Shown in pieces: positions 1 to 12,785 of a stretch of 64,000 nt of DNA. Each line of letters begins with the position of its first letter. The first letter of the stretch is position 1. The position numbers and the translations under genes were made by a program. The DNA is from Octopus bimaculoides. Taxonomy: Eukaryota. Below the pieces are notes generated by a model. It did no database searches. It worked only from the letters and a program-made list of their open reading frames with translations, and was not told the DNA's origin. The stretch spans positions 37,084,472 to 37,148,471 of the forward strand of contig NC_068985.1 in NCBI RefSeq assembly GCF_001194135.2. Direction: 5' to 3'.

Positions 1-786
1 ATTGATATATTATATTTTTGACTTTCGCATTAGGTCCTTCAAATTTTATTCTCCTAGGGTTTACCTCTTTTACTGTGATTATGCTCTTACTCCTATTATT
101 AATAAGTTTGGCACAGAAATGTTAACATAGAGTGGTGAATAAATCGATATATCGAATTTGAAGTCTCTGTCTCTTTTGAATATGAAAATTTAAAAGTGTA
201 AAAACCTTATGATATAAATATAAACTGTGAGAACGACCCTTAAGGAATCTAATTAATGATCTCCTAAGGTAAGTTCTTATGCTATATTGGTAACGGTTGC
301 TACATCCTCTGATGAGGGCTGTGTGTGTGTGAGGCTGCGTGTTTGTGTCTGAGCGTGGATGTGTGTGCGTGTGTGTGTATATGTAAGTGTGTTTGTATGT
401 GTTTCAGAGTGCGTATGTGTGACTATGTGTTTGTATGCGTGTGTATGCGCGCGTATGTGTGTGTGTTTGTGTGCGTTCATATATGTAAGTGTGTGTATGT
501 GTGTTTAGGTGGGTGCGCTTGCGTATATGCGACAATGTATCCATGTGTGCGTGTGTTATTTACCGCTAATGCTATCACTACCAGCAACATAAAACCCAGC
601 GACCCCTCCTTCTCTAAATATAACTAATGCACAGTACACACCTTTTGATCTGGCATTAGTAAAGAGTATTAATGGTCAAAAATTAAGGAGGAGTGTGCTC
701 TTCTATACTTTAAGCGTTTAATTAATATTCATTCATCGAAATATGTTATTTCACCTGTTATTTTTATTGAATATTTAAATTGCTTA

Positions 787-1239
787 GGGCGCTGAGCTGG
801 CAGAATCGTTAGAACGCCTGGCGAATTGCTTAGCGGTATTTCGTCTACCGTTACGTTCTGAGTTCAAATTCCGCCGAGGTCGACTTTTCCTGTCATCCTT
901 TCGTGGTCGATAAATTAATAAGTATCAGTTACGCACTGGGGTCGATATAATCGACTTAATCCTTTTGCCTGTCCTTGTTTGTCCCCCTCTATGTTTAGCC
1001 CCTTGTGGGCAATACAGAAATAAGAAACGTTAGCAAGCCGGGCGAAATGCTTAGCGGTATTTCGTCTGTCGTTACGTTCTGAGTTCAAATTCCGCCGAGG
1101 TCGACTTTGCCTTTCATCCTTTCGGGGTCGATAAATTAAGTACCAGTTACGCACTGGGGCCGATGTAATCGGCTTAATCCCTTTGTCTGTCCTTGTTTGT
1201 CCCCTCTATGTTTAGCCCCCTGTGGGCAATAACGAAATA
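787..1239 (+). mobile_element. SINE family A dimer (full unit plus a 5'-shortened second unit, both with tail type 1)
   Basis: Head gctgagctggcagaatcgttag, B-box-like gagttcaaattcc and core gtcgactttgcctttcatcctttcggggtcgataaattaagtaccag occur twice. Flanked by aatatttaaattgctt (770-785) and aatatttagattgttt (1240-1255). Confidence 0.9.
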
Positions 1240-1255
1240 AATATTTAGATTGTTT

Positions 1256-1445
1256 AAGGCGGCGAGCTGGCAGAGTCCTTACGCTCTGAGCTCAAATGCT
1301 AACGAGGTCGACATTTTATCAGTTATCATTTCGGGGTGGATAAAATAAGTACCAGATGAACGCTGGGATCGATGTATTCGACTTACACTTACCCTCTGTG
1401 CCCTTACCATCTATAATTACCAGCTTTTTCCCAAAATTTGAAATC
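1256..1445 (+). mobile_element. SINE family A, diverged and internally deleted copy
   Basis: Starts aaggcggcgagctggcagag and has the core motif. A 15-bp direct repeat aatatttagattgtt lies at 1240-1254 and 1446-1460 (TSD). Confidence 0.85.
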
Positions 1446-1483
1446 AATATTTAGATTGTTCTCCATATAATGCAGTCACAGAC

Positions 1484-1535
<52 letters not shown>

Positions 1536-2459
1536 NNNNNNNNNNNNNNNNNNNNNNNNNNNNNNNNNNNNNNNNNNNNNNNNNNNNNNNNNNNNNNNNN
1601 NNNNNNNNNNNNNNNNNNNNNNNNNNNNNNNNNNNNNNNNNNNNNNNNNNNNNNNNNNNNNNNNNNNNNNNNNNNNNNNNNNNNNNNNNNNNNNNNNNNN
1701 NNNNNNNNNNNNNNNNNNNNNNNNNNNNNNNNNNNNNNNNNNNNNNNNNNNNNNNNNNNNNNNNNNNNNNNNNNNNNNNNNNNNNNNNNNNNNNNNNNNN
1801 NNNNNNNNNNNNNNNNNNNNNNNNNNNNNNNNNNNNNNNNNNNNNNNNNNNNNNNNNNNNNNNNNNNNNNNNNNNNNNNNNNNNNNNNNNNNNNNNNNNN
1901 NNNNNNNNNNNNNNNNNNNNNNNNNNNNNNNNNNNNNNNNNNNNNNNNNNNNNNNNNNNNNNNNNNNNNNNNNNNNNNNNNNNNNNNNNNNNNNNNNNNN
2001 NNNNNNNNNNNNNNNNNNNNNNNNNNNNNNNNNNNNNNNNNNNNNNNNNNNNNNNNNNNNNNNNNNNNNNNNNNNNNNNNNNNNNNNNNNNNNNNNNNNN
2101 NNNNNNNNNNNNNNNNNNNNNNNNNNNNNNNNNNNNNNNNNNNNNNNNNNNATATATGAATTTTTGCTTTGAATTCAGAAGCGACACTGAATTTTATCAT
2201 CTTAAATCATCAATGGAACTGTTTTTATTTTTGTCTTCTATTTTACTGTCTTTTAAATGGTAATGTAGTTACATTTGAACAACATTCTGGGATTTTTGAA
2301 GTAATATTTAATTAGTTTAACCGAATTTACCATTTTGAATAATCAGCAAAGACAGACGAAATCATATACTTTCAAGTATTCTATTATCAAGACACAAATA
2401 ATGATATTTAGTATCATGGTTTTGGAATAGTGGAAATAGTAATGATACTAAAAACACAG

Positions 2460-2518
<59 letters not shown>

Positions 2519-2690
2519 GTCTGGCTATCCGTCTGTCTATGTGAGTATGTATATATGTATATGTATGTATACACGCGCGCGCGTGTACAGACATACATTA
2601 TTTAAAACAATTTGATTCGGTTCTCTGCGACTTAAAGTTTCGCCTGCCTTTTCTTTCGTTTCGTTTGTCCACTCATTCGTATATATATAT

Positions 2691-2721
<31 letters not shown>

Positions 2722-3737
2722 NNNNNNNNNNNNNNNNNNNNNNNNNNNNNNNNNNNNNNNNNNNNNNNNNNNNNNNNNNNNNNNNNNNNNNNNNNNNNNN
2801 NNNNNNNNNNNNNNNNNNNNNNNNNNNNNNNNNNNNNNNNNNNNNNNNNNNNNNNNNNNNNNNNNNNNNNNNNNNNNNNNNNNNNNNNNNNNNNNNNNNN
2901 NNNNNNNNNNNNNNNNNNNNNNNNNNNNNNNNNNNNNNNNNNNNNNNNNNNNNNNNNNNNNNNNNNNNNNNNNNNNNNNNNNNNNNNNNNNNNNNNNNNN
3001 NNNNNNNNNNNNNNNNNNNNNNNNNNNNNNNNNNNNNNNNNNNNNNNNNNNNNNNNNNNNNNNNNNNNNNNNNNNNNNNNNNNNNNNNNNNNNNNNNNNN
3101 NNNNNNNNNNNNNNNNNNNNNNNNNNNNNNNNNNNNNNNNNNNNNNNNNNNNNNNNNNNNNNNNNNNNNNNNNNNNNNNNNNNNNNNNNNNNNNNNNNNN
3201 NNNNNNNNNNNNNNNNNNNNNNNNNNNNNNNNNNNNNNNNNNNNNNNNNNNNNNNNNNNNNNNNNNNNNNNNNNNNNNNNNNNNNNNNNNNNNNNNNNNN
3301 NNNNNNNNNNNNNNNNNNNNNNNNNNNNNNNNNNNNNNNNNNNNNNNNNNNNNNNNNNNNNNNNNNNNNNNNNNNNNNNNNNNNNNNNNNNNNNNNNNNN
3401 NNNNNNNNNNNNNNNNNNNNNNNNNNNNNNNNNNNNNNNNNNNNNNNNNNNNNNNNNNNNNNNNNNNNNNNNNNTTTGACTAAAGATCAACTGGCACCGC
3501 GTGTTAAGAGAAAATTGGGTGCGAGTGATCTAGTTAATCAGCGACTGAAAAATCACTGATCACTTTTAACTGACAGGCTGAATAAAATTGCATTACGACT
3601 CGACTATGTTTGTGAAATGCTAACTAAATTCATTAAATACACGTCTATATTCGAGTTTTATGTTCCTTTTAGATATTTTCATATTTTCATATTAGCTGTT
3701 ATTCACAGTTTGTAAAGTAGAGTTGCCAAATCCAAAT

Positions 3738-3780
<43 letters not shown>

Positions 3781-3903
3781 TCCCAACCGGTATTGCAGTT
3801 TATTGTAAAAGAAGAGATATTTCAGCTGCAGACCATAGCTGAACAACGCTGATAAACTTCACGTCGGGTATCATACTTAATTCTAATTTGATTTCAATTT
3901 CAG

Positions 3904-3988
3904 CCTATCAAATCCACTCAGAAAGTTGTGGTTAGCTCGGGGCTACAGCATAAGACACTTGCCCAAAGCGACGCTCGCTGGGATTCAG
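3904..3988 (-). mobile_element. SINE family B head fragment (CORE-like)
   Basis: aaatccactca...ggctacagcataagacacttgcccaa matches the head of the full copy at 26756 in reverse. Confidence 0.7.
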
Positions 3989-4131
3989 AAGTAACACTCA
4001 GTGCGACAAAAAACTGACGCTCATGATTGGGAAGTAAACTTCTGGACCACACAGCCGCGTCTGCACCTACGCACACAAACACATACACACACATACACAC
4101 AAACACACAAACACACACACATACACATACA

Positions 4132-4167
<36 letters not shown>

Positions 4168-5057
4168 GACGCACACACACACGCAAGCACGCACAATACA
4201 CGCACGCGCACGTGTATCAAGTTCGAATAGTTATGCATTTCAATGCCTGTACATACAAATTCTGTTGTTTCCATTTTTATGAAGATGTTTAAATGTACAC
4301 ACACACATACACGCGCGCACCCACGCACGCACACACACACATACACACACATCACACAGAGGCTGAATTGATTGCTTTCACATATAATTGATGGGTTGCA
4401 AATTAGATAATAGCAAAACATGGAACATCATTCAACATACGTTGTTTACTTAAAGTCGTTTACAGACATGTAAATCAGTGGGATGGCTGCCGCTCTGCTT
4501 TGATCGTTGCAAGAGATGTCTTCGCAGAATCGAGACCTTGCAGTTTTCGTTCGCCGCAAAGTAATATAATTATAAATGTATCTATTAGTCCCGGGCTGCT
4601 GTGAAGATATGATGCTTAGCTTGAGTTTCATGCCGTTAAGCAAATCAAATTTTAATTGCCCCTGCAAACTTCAGTATAACCCAGGTCCTCGATAGCCGGT
4701 ATGATATCCCTAGTAATTTGGTACCTGCTAGCAGTTGACAGAAAGCGTTTCGAATGCCATTTACACACCAGATATGTATATTTCAACCGATTGTAAGTAC
4801 CGGTAAATCCTTCGGTATTGGTAGACAACGCATCATTCATCCGCACGACCTTTCCTCATGGAAAGTCTAGGCTGAAAAAGAAGGTGAATGACGTCGTCTC
4901 CTCATACCGACACTACATCAATACCAAAAGATATCCAAGAATAATTCTACACGCATATACATACACACATACATGCATGCATGCACACATCCATCCATCC
5001 CATGCATGCATACATACATACATACATACATACATACATACATACATACATACATAC

Positions 5058-6475
5058 AACCTCTCTGCATTTAATAAAATAGTGGTCCACAATGTATTTG
5101 CAGTGCCAGTACTCATATCAACACTTAGGCTGATTGATTGAACGCTTGATGAGATCCGAGCCATTGATGTGAAAACCCGAAAAATACTAACAAGCACACA
5201 TAATTTCCACACAAACAGTGGCGTAGACCGCCTCTACCTAAAACGAAAACAAGGCGGAAGAGGCTTAACATCGATCCAAAATGCATTTGAATGTCGTATC
5301 ATATCCCTTTGGCAACATCTTTTAACCACCAAGTATCGAAGTGCATCCCTTGACCAAGTTTGCATACATGAGGCTGATAACATCATAAGACTTGGAAGGC
5401 AGCTCCTTGAGCAACACTCTTTGTCTGATAACCTAGAATACATACCGAAAGAAGTCGCACAATTCTACCGCAACGTATCATCAGATGAAAAGCTGAGTCT
5501 ATATGAGGAGAAGATTATGCATGGATTTGTTACTAGAAAGCTCCGTGATGGTAGTGACATCGATCATCAAAGCAGTTTATCATGGACCAATAGCCAGATT
5601 ACTACCTTTCACTTTGAAGGGTATGCGTTTGCAATCCAGGAACAGGAAATATCAACCAAATACCTGATGCACAAAAGGGATAGAGATGTTGGAAAAGCCG
5701 TAAAATGTGACAACCGATGCAGACCTTGTGAAGTTCACACTGAAGATATCAAACACATCATAAGCAGTTGTCCGAAAATGTCATTGCAGTATTATCTACC
5801 GATGAGACATGACGTTGTAGCTAGGAGACGCTATAATGAAATCCGTCGTAAGGATAATCCCGAGGACAAAGAAATAAGAACATACAATATGGCAGAAGCC
5901 ATAGCCACTCATAATAAAAAGGAATACTAGTGAATGTACCAATGAAGACCTTGATAAAATGTAAACACAACATACCTGATATGATGATTTGGGATAGAGA
6001 AGAGAAATTACGCACAATTGTGGAAATTAGTTACCCAGCGGATGTTGACATAAAGCTGGAGATCAATGAAAAAGAGTAAACTTATGCTGAACTATTGAGA
6101 AATCTTCAGTTACTCTATCCAGATTACAAGTTCAAGTTTATACCTGTAATTATTGGGGTTCTGGGATATTGAACACACTGCCTAAATACCAATCTGGAGA
6201 AATTAGGTTTCTCAAAACCAGAAAGGAGAAAGCTAATTCGAAGACTACAGATCCAATCCTTCACTGGAACTGTAAAAATCTGTAGAACTTTCCAGAAATT
6301 TATCATTTAAATATATATGAGCTTGTCTAGATACTCAACTATATGCATGAGAATACATACGTAAAACATACATACATACATACATACCCTGTTGTTGATG
6401 TTGAAATTCCAATGAAGGCTAGAAACCGGTTCTTTCTTTATTGACAATAAATCTTGAAATAAACTGAATAATGAC
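5058..6475 (+). mobile_element. 5'-truncated non-LTR retrotransposon, R4/Dong clade (RT thumb, CCHC zinc knuckle, restriction-like endonuclease), decayed
   Basis: Translation NLSAFNKIVVHNVFAVPVL...KTRKILT...RLYLKRKQGGRGL, then CRPC...HIISSC (CCHC), RHDVV, PDMMIWD...IVEISYP (PD..D..E RLE) and PVIIGVLG. In-frame stops are present, and the reading frame ends with TAA at 6308-6310, followed by a probable 3' UTR and an (ACAT)n tail. Confidence 0.9.
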
Positions 6476-6626
6476 ATACATACATACATACATACATACA
6501 TAATACATAAATACCCTGTTGTTGATGTTGAAATTCCAATGAAGGCTAGAAACCGGTTCTTTCTTTATTGACAATAAATCTTGAAATAAACTGAATAATG
6601 ACATTCATACATACATACATACATAC
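6387..6626 (+). repeat. Tandem duplication of an 89-bp unit plus (ACAT)n, period 127 bp
   Basis: ccctgttgttgatgttgaaattcc...aataatgac at 6387-6475 and 6514-6602 is near-identical, and each copy is followed by ACAT repeats. Confidence 0.95.
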
Positions 6627-7394
6627 GCACTCACAAGCATTGAAATATTGCACATGTACACAAACATACGAATTTCTTTAAAGGCTTATCTCGGAGGACT
6701 CTGTCATAGCCCGTGAAATTTTTCAGGGCATTCATGATTTGAGAGATAGGAAGATATGAGCTTACCGGAGATCTGTTGGTAACAGAGTAAACTCTACTCA
6801 ACGTGACTCAATGTGAGACAATGTGACTCAAACGACCTCTATCTGAGTTTAATTATTATTATAAAAACATTTTCAAACTTTCTTTATTAGTTTTATAGGT
6901 TTAATGTAGAACAATAGCCTAATGTTTCAAAGCTTACTCGGTCTCATCTTCTGAACAAAATGATGATAGTGGTTCATTGTTGGTGGTTTGTAATAAGCAG
7001 TAAGAGCTCATGGGAATGAAGATGTAATTGATAACATCACCATTGCCAGGCATTTAATCAGTTAAGTCTTAGTTACTTTCATATGTTATTTTATGTGAAC
7101 CGCACCTGAGTGTTGATACATTTTATCATTTTATCATTTCATATCACTTTACGTGATATCTATACAATGTTATTATGTATATAGTCTTTATTCAACACTA
7201 TTCAAAAGGAAAAAAATATCTTGAGTAAGTTGGGAAACTTTCACACTTGTGTTTTACTATGTACTAATTAATGCACCATTTCCAACACAATGGAAAACAC
7301 ACAGACACAGACACACACACACACAAATACACACACACACACACACACACATACACGCACGCACACACACACACATATACACACACCACTGTTT

Positions 7395-7575
7395 GACAAC
7401 CGGTATTTGTGTGTTTACTTCCACGTAACCTAGCGGTTCGGCAAAACAGATAAATAAAATAAGTACAACACTTAAAATAAAAGTAAGTACTAGGATCGAT
7501 CCATTCGAAAAAAAATTCCTCAAGGCGGTGCCTCAGAATGGCCGCAGTCAAAATGATTGAAACAAGTGAATATTA
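7395..7575 (+). mobile_element. SINE family B 3' half
   Basis: tttgacaaccggtatttgtgtgtttac...gcggttcggcaaaa...aaggcggtgcc...gcagtcaaaatgattgaaacaagt follows a (CA)n array. Confidence 0.8.
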
Positions 7576-7593
7576 AAAAATGTGTACACATAT

Positions 7594-7948
7594 CTTCCAT
7601 GTGACCGGTGTCCGGCCGGCCATGATCTTTCTTTCTTAGCCTAACTGCCGACTGTCAACACCTCTTGTGTCTATCTCCCATGTTCCTGACTTTAGGCTTT
7701 CACTTCATACACGCCAGCTCAATTCGATTCGTTCTCAGTCGAAAGACCCTCTTGTTATTTCTTGTTGTTTGTATTCGTAATTGTCTACCATGTTCTCCGT
7801 TTATTTTTTTTGTTTATTTGTTTTTTGCCTTTGCTGTTGTACACATTAGCTAGCTTTCTTACAAAGGGGTCTAATGCTCTTAGGTTAGACTTTGGGGGCA
7901 ACCAGATTGAGCCATCTCAAGTGTAACTGTCCGAAATGGTCGTGGCTT
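7594..7948 (+). repeat. Dispersed repeat, second copy at 55192-55560; probable Penelope-like terminal region
   Basis: cttcca(c/t)gtgaccggtgtccggcc...ccacctcaagtgtaact aligns collinearly with 55192-55560, which lies just downstream of a GIY-YIG remnant. Truncated by an assembly gap. Confidence 0.8.
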
Positions 7949-8831
7949 NNNNNNNNNNNNNNNNNNNNNNNNNNNNNNNNNNNNNNNNNNNNNNNNNNNN
8001 NNNNNNNNNNNNNNNNNNNNNNNNNNNNNNNNNNNNNNNNNNNNNNNNNNNNNNNNNNNNNNNNNNNNNNNNNNNNNNNNNNNNNNNNNNNNNNNNNNNN
8101 NNNNNNNNNNNNNNNNNNNNNNNNNNNNNNNNNNNNNNNNNNNNNNNNNNNNNNNNNNNNNNNNNNNNNNNNNNNNNNNNNNNNNNNNNNNNNATATATA
8201 TATATATATAATGTATATATGTATATGTACATACATACATACACACATACACACGCGTGCATGTCTGCTAGTAGGACCGTTGTCACTGCTGATGTTTGCG
8301 GCAATACTGATACCCGTAGTGTGTGACTGCTGATTGTAGTTAGCGGCAGATCTGCCGTTTTCTTGATACCTTTCATATACTGATTACCTACCACGTAGGG
8401 AGCCGTTTTAAAGATAGTAATTATCGTCTATAGAGCAAATGGGTCTACAGAAGCCACACACGATACTGAAAATACATGTTTCTCTTACTTTATCTTTCTC
8501 TGTATATGTATGTGAGTCACAGCAACGATGACGTTCCTCTCGCTTCTCTATATATTGTGTTTTTAATACAAATCTATAGAGAGATTTTATCTCAGATAAT
8601 TCTAGAGCCTCATACTTTCTAACGGTGTATATACATAAGTACGAGATCGAAATTTGAGGTGATGACAATTAAATTTAATTGAGGTGATGGTGTAGACAAT
8701 TAAATCCACCCGATCACTTAGATGTTAAAATTTTTCACTGATTCCTGAAGAATAAAAGGCAATGTTTTCAGTGGTGGGATTTAAAGTAAGAACGGAAAAT
8801 GATGTGAAATATAAGGAATTGTAACCGTTGA

Positions 8832-9006
8832 TCTTTTACTCTTTTACTTGTTTCAGTCATTTGACTGCGGCAATCGAACCCCAGGAATTATTCTTTGAAA
8901 GCCTAATATTTATCCTATCAATTCTTTTGCCGAACCGCTAAGTTACGGGAACGTAAACACACCAACATCGATTGTCAAACGTTGGTTGGAGGACAAACAC
9001 ACAAAT

Positions 9007-9079
<73 letters not shown>

Positions 9080-9244
9080 AACGACGGGCTTCTTTCAGTT
9101 TCTGTCTACCAAATCCAATCACAAGGCTTTGGTCGGCCCGAGTCTATAGTATAAGACACTTGCCCAAGATGCCACATAGTGGGACTGAACCCGGAACCAT
9201 ATGGTGTGGTTGGGAAGCAAGCTTCTTACCAGACAGCCACGCCC
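8832..9244 (-). mobile_element. SINE family B, near full length, with internal (CA)n(TA)n array
   Basis: Tail tcttttactcttttacttgtttcagtc, internal microsatellite, CORE-like aagacacttgcccaagatgccac and head ...cagccacgcc. Confidence 0.9.
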
Positions 9245-9334
9245 GATGATGATAAAAATTAAAGTGCAAAGATCTGAAGCCTATCGTTAATACAATGTTT
9301 CATTCTTTGCATGAGATATTGATGTTGTTAATGT

Positions 9335-9570
9335 TGTTGTTTAGATTCTGGTCAGCCCTGATTGAGTAAACATCTCATCATAGTTGTTCAGGCCATAGCC
9401 ATCTGTCTTTTTTCTGCTTTTTTTTCTGCTTTTTTTTCTGTTACTTTTAGAAATACTTCAATGTAGACCACACAAACCAATGCATTCTTATTTGGTAAGG
9501 TAAGGTGTGGTTTAAGGGGGATTTTACTGCTATTTCTAGCAAGTTGCATAATCTTTTAGAGGCTCCCTCT
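9335..9570 (+). repeat. Old interspersed repeat, family E (related pieces at about 18795-18870 and, reversed, about 24600-24795)
   Basis: Shared motifs ggtcagccctgat and ggatttt/tggctgctatttctagca...tagagg among the three sites. Confidence 0.55.
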
Positions 9571-11618
9571 TTCATTCGACATGAACTGATTTCCTTTTCA
9601 ATGTGTTTTTAACATCCTAAAATGGGAAAGGTGGAATTCTGAGTGAAAACATTTAGTCGACTGAATCAATCTCGGTACGTTATTGTTAATATTAACATAG
9701 CCAACATTATGTTCAACATGATCCTGATCGTTACATATTATTACATATCCATTGAATGTCATCATTACATGATTATTATATATGGATCGAACAACATCAT
9801 TTATTTGTGTATTCATTCAGAGTATGATAAACACGATATGCCCACGAGAGGCTCTTGTGATCCAGTACTTAATAATAATAGCTTTTCCCATTTTCGCGGA
9901 AATTTTGATACGCAGTTATGTCGTTAGATGCACAAAGATACTTAAAGCTGAATTTATTCTCACAAGTTATAATAAAAGGCAAGCAATGGATTTTAATCTA
10001 AAGAAATTTTAAGTAGTGCATCAAATCTACTATAGGGTCCTTTCAGTTTTTGGTGACCTTTTTGGTGTTTGTATGAAAATAATTAGAGACATTCCCCACC
10101 CCATTTTACTGCTATTTCATTCGATAGAAATGAAACCGGGATATATAATAGTATCTCACAGTGAGAGATAAATTTTGATAACGAGAAATATACTTTCGTA
10201 CAATATACAAAGTATATTACTTGAGCAGATTGATAACCGATATGCGCAAGATAGAATCTATTTGGTGTTATTAACGATCCCGTATATTCTTCTTCGTTCG
10301 AAAAGTTGTGAAGCTGATGAGACATGTGTCGTGTGATGTTCGTCAGAGATATAGTATCGGACTTTAACACACCTTTCAAACGACATAATAGATATATCTG
10401 CCACCAAAGTTCACTGCATAAACGTAAACCAACATACATAGTAATAATAATACTAATAAATACACATATTCACCAAAATTCTCAAGTCACGAACTAACAG
10501 AAAATTTGGCTTTACCACAAGCCGTCGTGTGTGTCTGTCCTACCACGGCTACCACTCCCACCATACACCAAAACTACACAGCACAATTAAATAGTATCAC
10601 GCACACGCGTGATTGAATACATACATATAATGCAATTATACAGTAATTCAAGCCAAAAGCAAACACACCCATCATCCAGTTTACCCACCAACATCATGAT
10701 CATGATTATGATCATCGTTATCATCATCATCACCAGACACATAGATACATTTAAGCATCACCCTCACCAAACGTAATCATACAAATATACCCAACAATGT
10801 TAGTAGACACCATCGCTGTCTACGTTACACGGCAAACGACGCTCAGATAAAACTTTCGTTCAAGACCATTTAATGTGTACATGACATGAAGAAGATGTCT
10901 AAATGCTCATAGCAGACATTGGAGATATTTCCCATCTGGAAACTGATCTTAATTAAGATCTTTAAATTTTTGCTGTTAATTGTAAAAGAAGAATTGTTTC
11001 AGCTGCAGACCATAGTTGAACCTCGCTGATAAACTTCTAGTCGGGAATCAAACATTATTTTAAATTGATTTAATTTCATATTATCCTTTAGCTGAAGGTC
11101 AGTCAGTGGAAAATAATATATAAAAGCTTACTATTGTCTGTTGTTTATCGCTAGATTTAGAACAAAGCTAATTTTAGTAAATAGTTCTATTCAAGAGCGA
11201 CCGAGAGTAGAAGGCCCGAGAAGAAATGGCCATTTAATAGTATCTTAAACTAATTAAACATACACCAATCTAACCATAAATACGGAGTCTGCTAGAATTT
11301 CTGATATGATGGATAATAGATTTGTTATACAGACAATGACACACAACAGCAAAAGATATGCTCTGGCACGTGCGAATCTATTTCTAGAATTTTACTTAGC
11401 AGTTTATGGTAAGTATTCAGCTAAGTTCATACACAACGATTAGGCATAAACAGAGACATATGTACATACGTCAAAATAACTAACAAGCGATCAGCTATTG
11501 GAGAAAGCAAGCTTCTATAGGAATGAAATGTTTTTTTTTTATAAAAAAAGAAGAAAAACAGTAATATAATAAATATAAAATATAACGTATGTCATTGCAT
11601 AATACAAGTTTCTTTCAA

Positions 11619-11649
<31 letters not shown>

Positions 11650-12174
11650 ATTAATAAATAAATTTCTATGAATCTAAGCATCTTCATAAATCTTGCAAAA
11701 CGAACAAAATTAAACATATCATATTCCATATTGACGAGTGTGACCAGTAATAAGATACAGGTATTAAATATTTTAAAATTAACGATAAATATTTTGCTGT
11801 ATCACGAGAGTCATTTTACCGATAATTAACACACGAAATAACTCTATTCATTTCTTTTATTATAATTATTATCAGTCAGTTCATTAATATTTAGCCACTT
11901 AACTAATCGAGTTAGTTGGTTAAATGTTAACAAATCGACTATCTATGAGATACAATTCGCAATCTATGATATGAGTCAGTATATAAAAATATTTATGGTA
12001 TCTAACGATAGAAGACAACGCGAAAGCCAGGGTACATTTCTGCGAATGTACATGCGACCATGCTTACAATCATGCTTTGACACCGTCTGCAGGAATTTGG
12101 TGGTTCATGTTGACCCACGCAATCAATTTAGCCAGGTATTTATTCCACCAATTTCAATTTACCGACCAGTTTAA

Positions 12175-12308
12175 TATTAGTTCAAATTTTGGCACAAGGC
12201 CCACAATTGTGGCGGAGATAGCAAGTCGATTACATTACCCCCGGCCCCAGTGCTCGACTGGTACTTATCTTAGCGATCCCGAAGGATAAAAGGCGAGGTC
12301 GACCTCGG
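12175..12308 (-). mobile_element. SINE family A 3' part (tail type 3)
   Basis: ttcaaattttggcacaaggcc...ctggtacttat...cccgaaggataaaaggcgaggtcgacctcgg. Confidence 0.8.
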
Positions 12309-12351
12309 TAAAACGACCAGTTTGATATTGAAAACATTCAAATACACACAC

Positions 12352-12445
<94 letters not shown>

Positions 12446-12639
12446 TGCTCCAGCATGTCCCGCAGTCAAATAACTGAAACAAGTAAAAGAATATATGTGT
12501 ATGTGCTTGGGTGGGTTTTTTGTGTATGTATGGGTATGTGTGTGCATGTGTATACAGACACAAACACACGTATATAATATATTGGCTGGAGTTTATCTCG
12601 GTATCCGAAGTATAGGAGCAACTGAGATTACAAGGTTTC

Positions 12640-12785
12640 CTTCCAGGACGAGTCTTTAGTTAGTGGTTGTGCTCACAAGGAACGTGATGTACGTTACTCA
12701 TGGATACGAAGTGCTGCCTAGTTGAACTCACAACCTTAGCATTGTGAGCCTAACGCCCTAACGACTAAGCCACGCATCTTCACAC
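12640..12785 (-). mobile_element. Old tRNA-derived SINE (family D) head
   Basis: Minus strand reads gcgtggcttagtcgttagggcg (A-box-like) and gtgagttcaactaggc (B-box-like). Resembles 48481-48652. Confidence 0.55.

Noticed and set aside
4440-4930. Unique-looking GC-moderate segment upstream of the R4 element
   Set aside because: No frame matches R4 RT or any family I can recognise, so it is left uncalled.
10311-10335. CTGATGA-GAC-atgt-GTC hammerhead-like start
   Set aside because: It is followed by GTGT rather than GAAA, with no stems I or III.
10945-10960. 16-bp perfect palindrome gatcttaattaagatc
   Set aside because: Short and AT-rich; plausible by chance.
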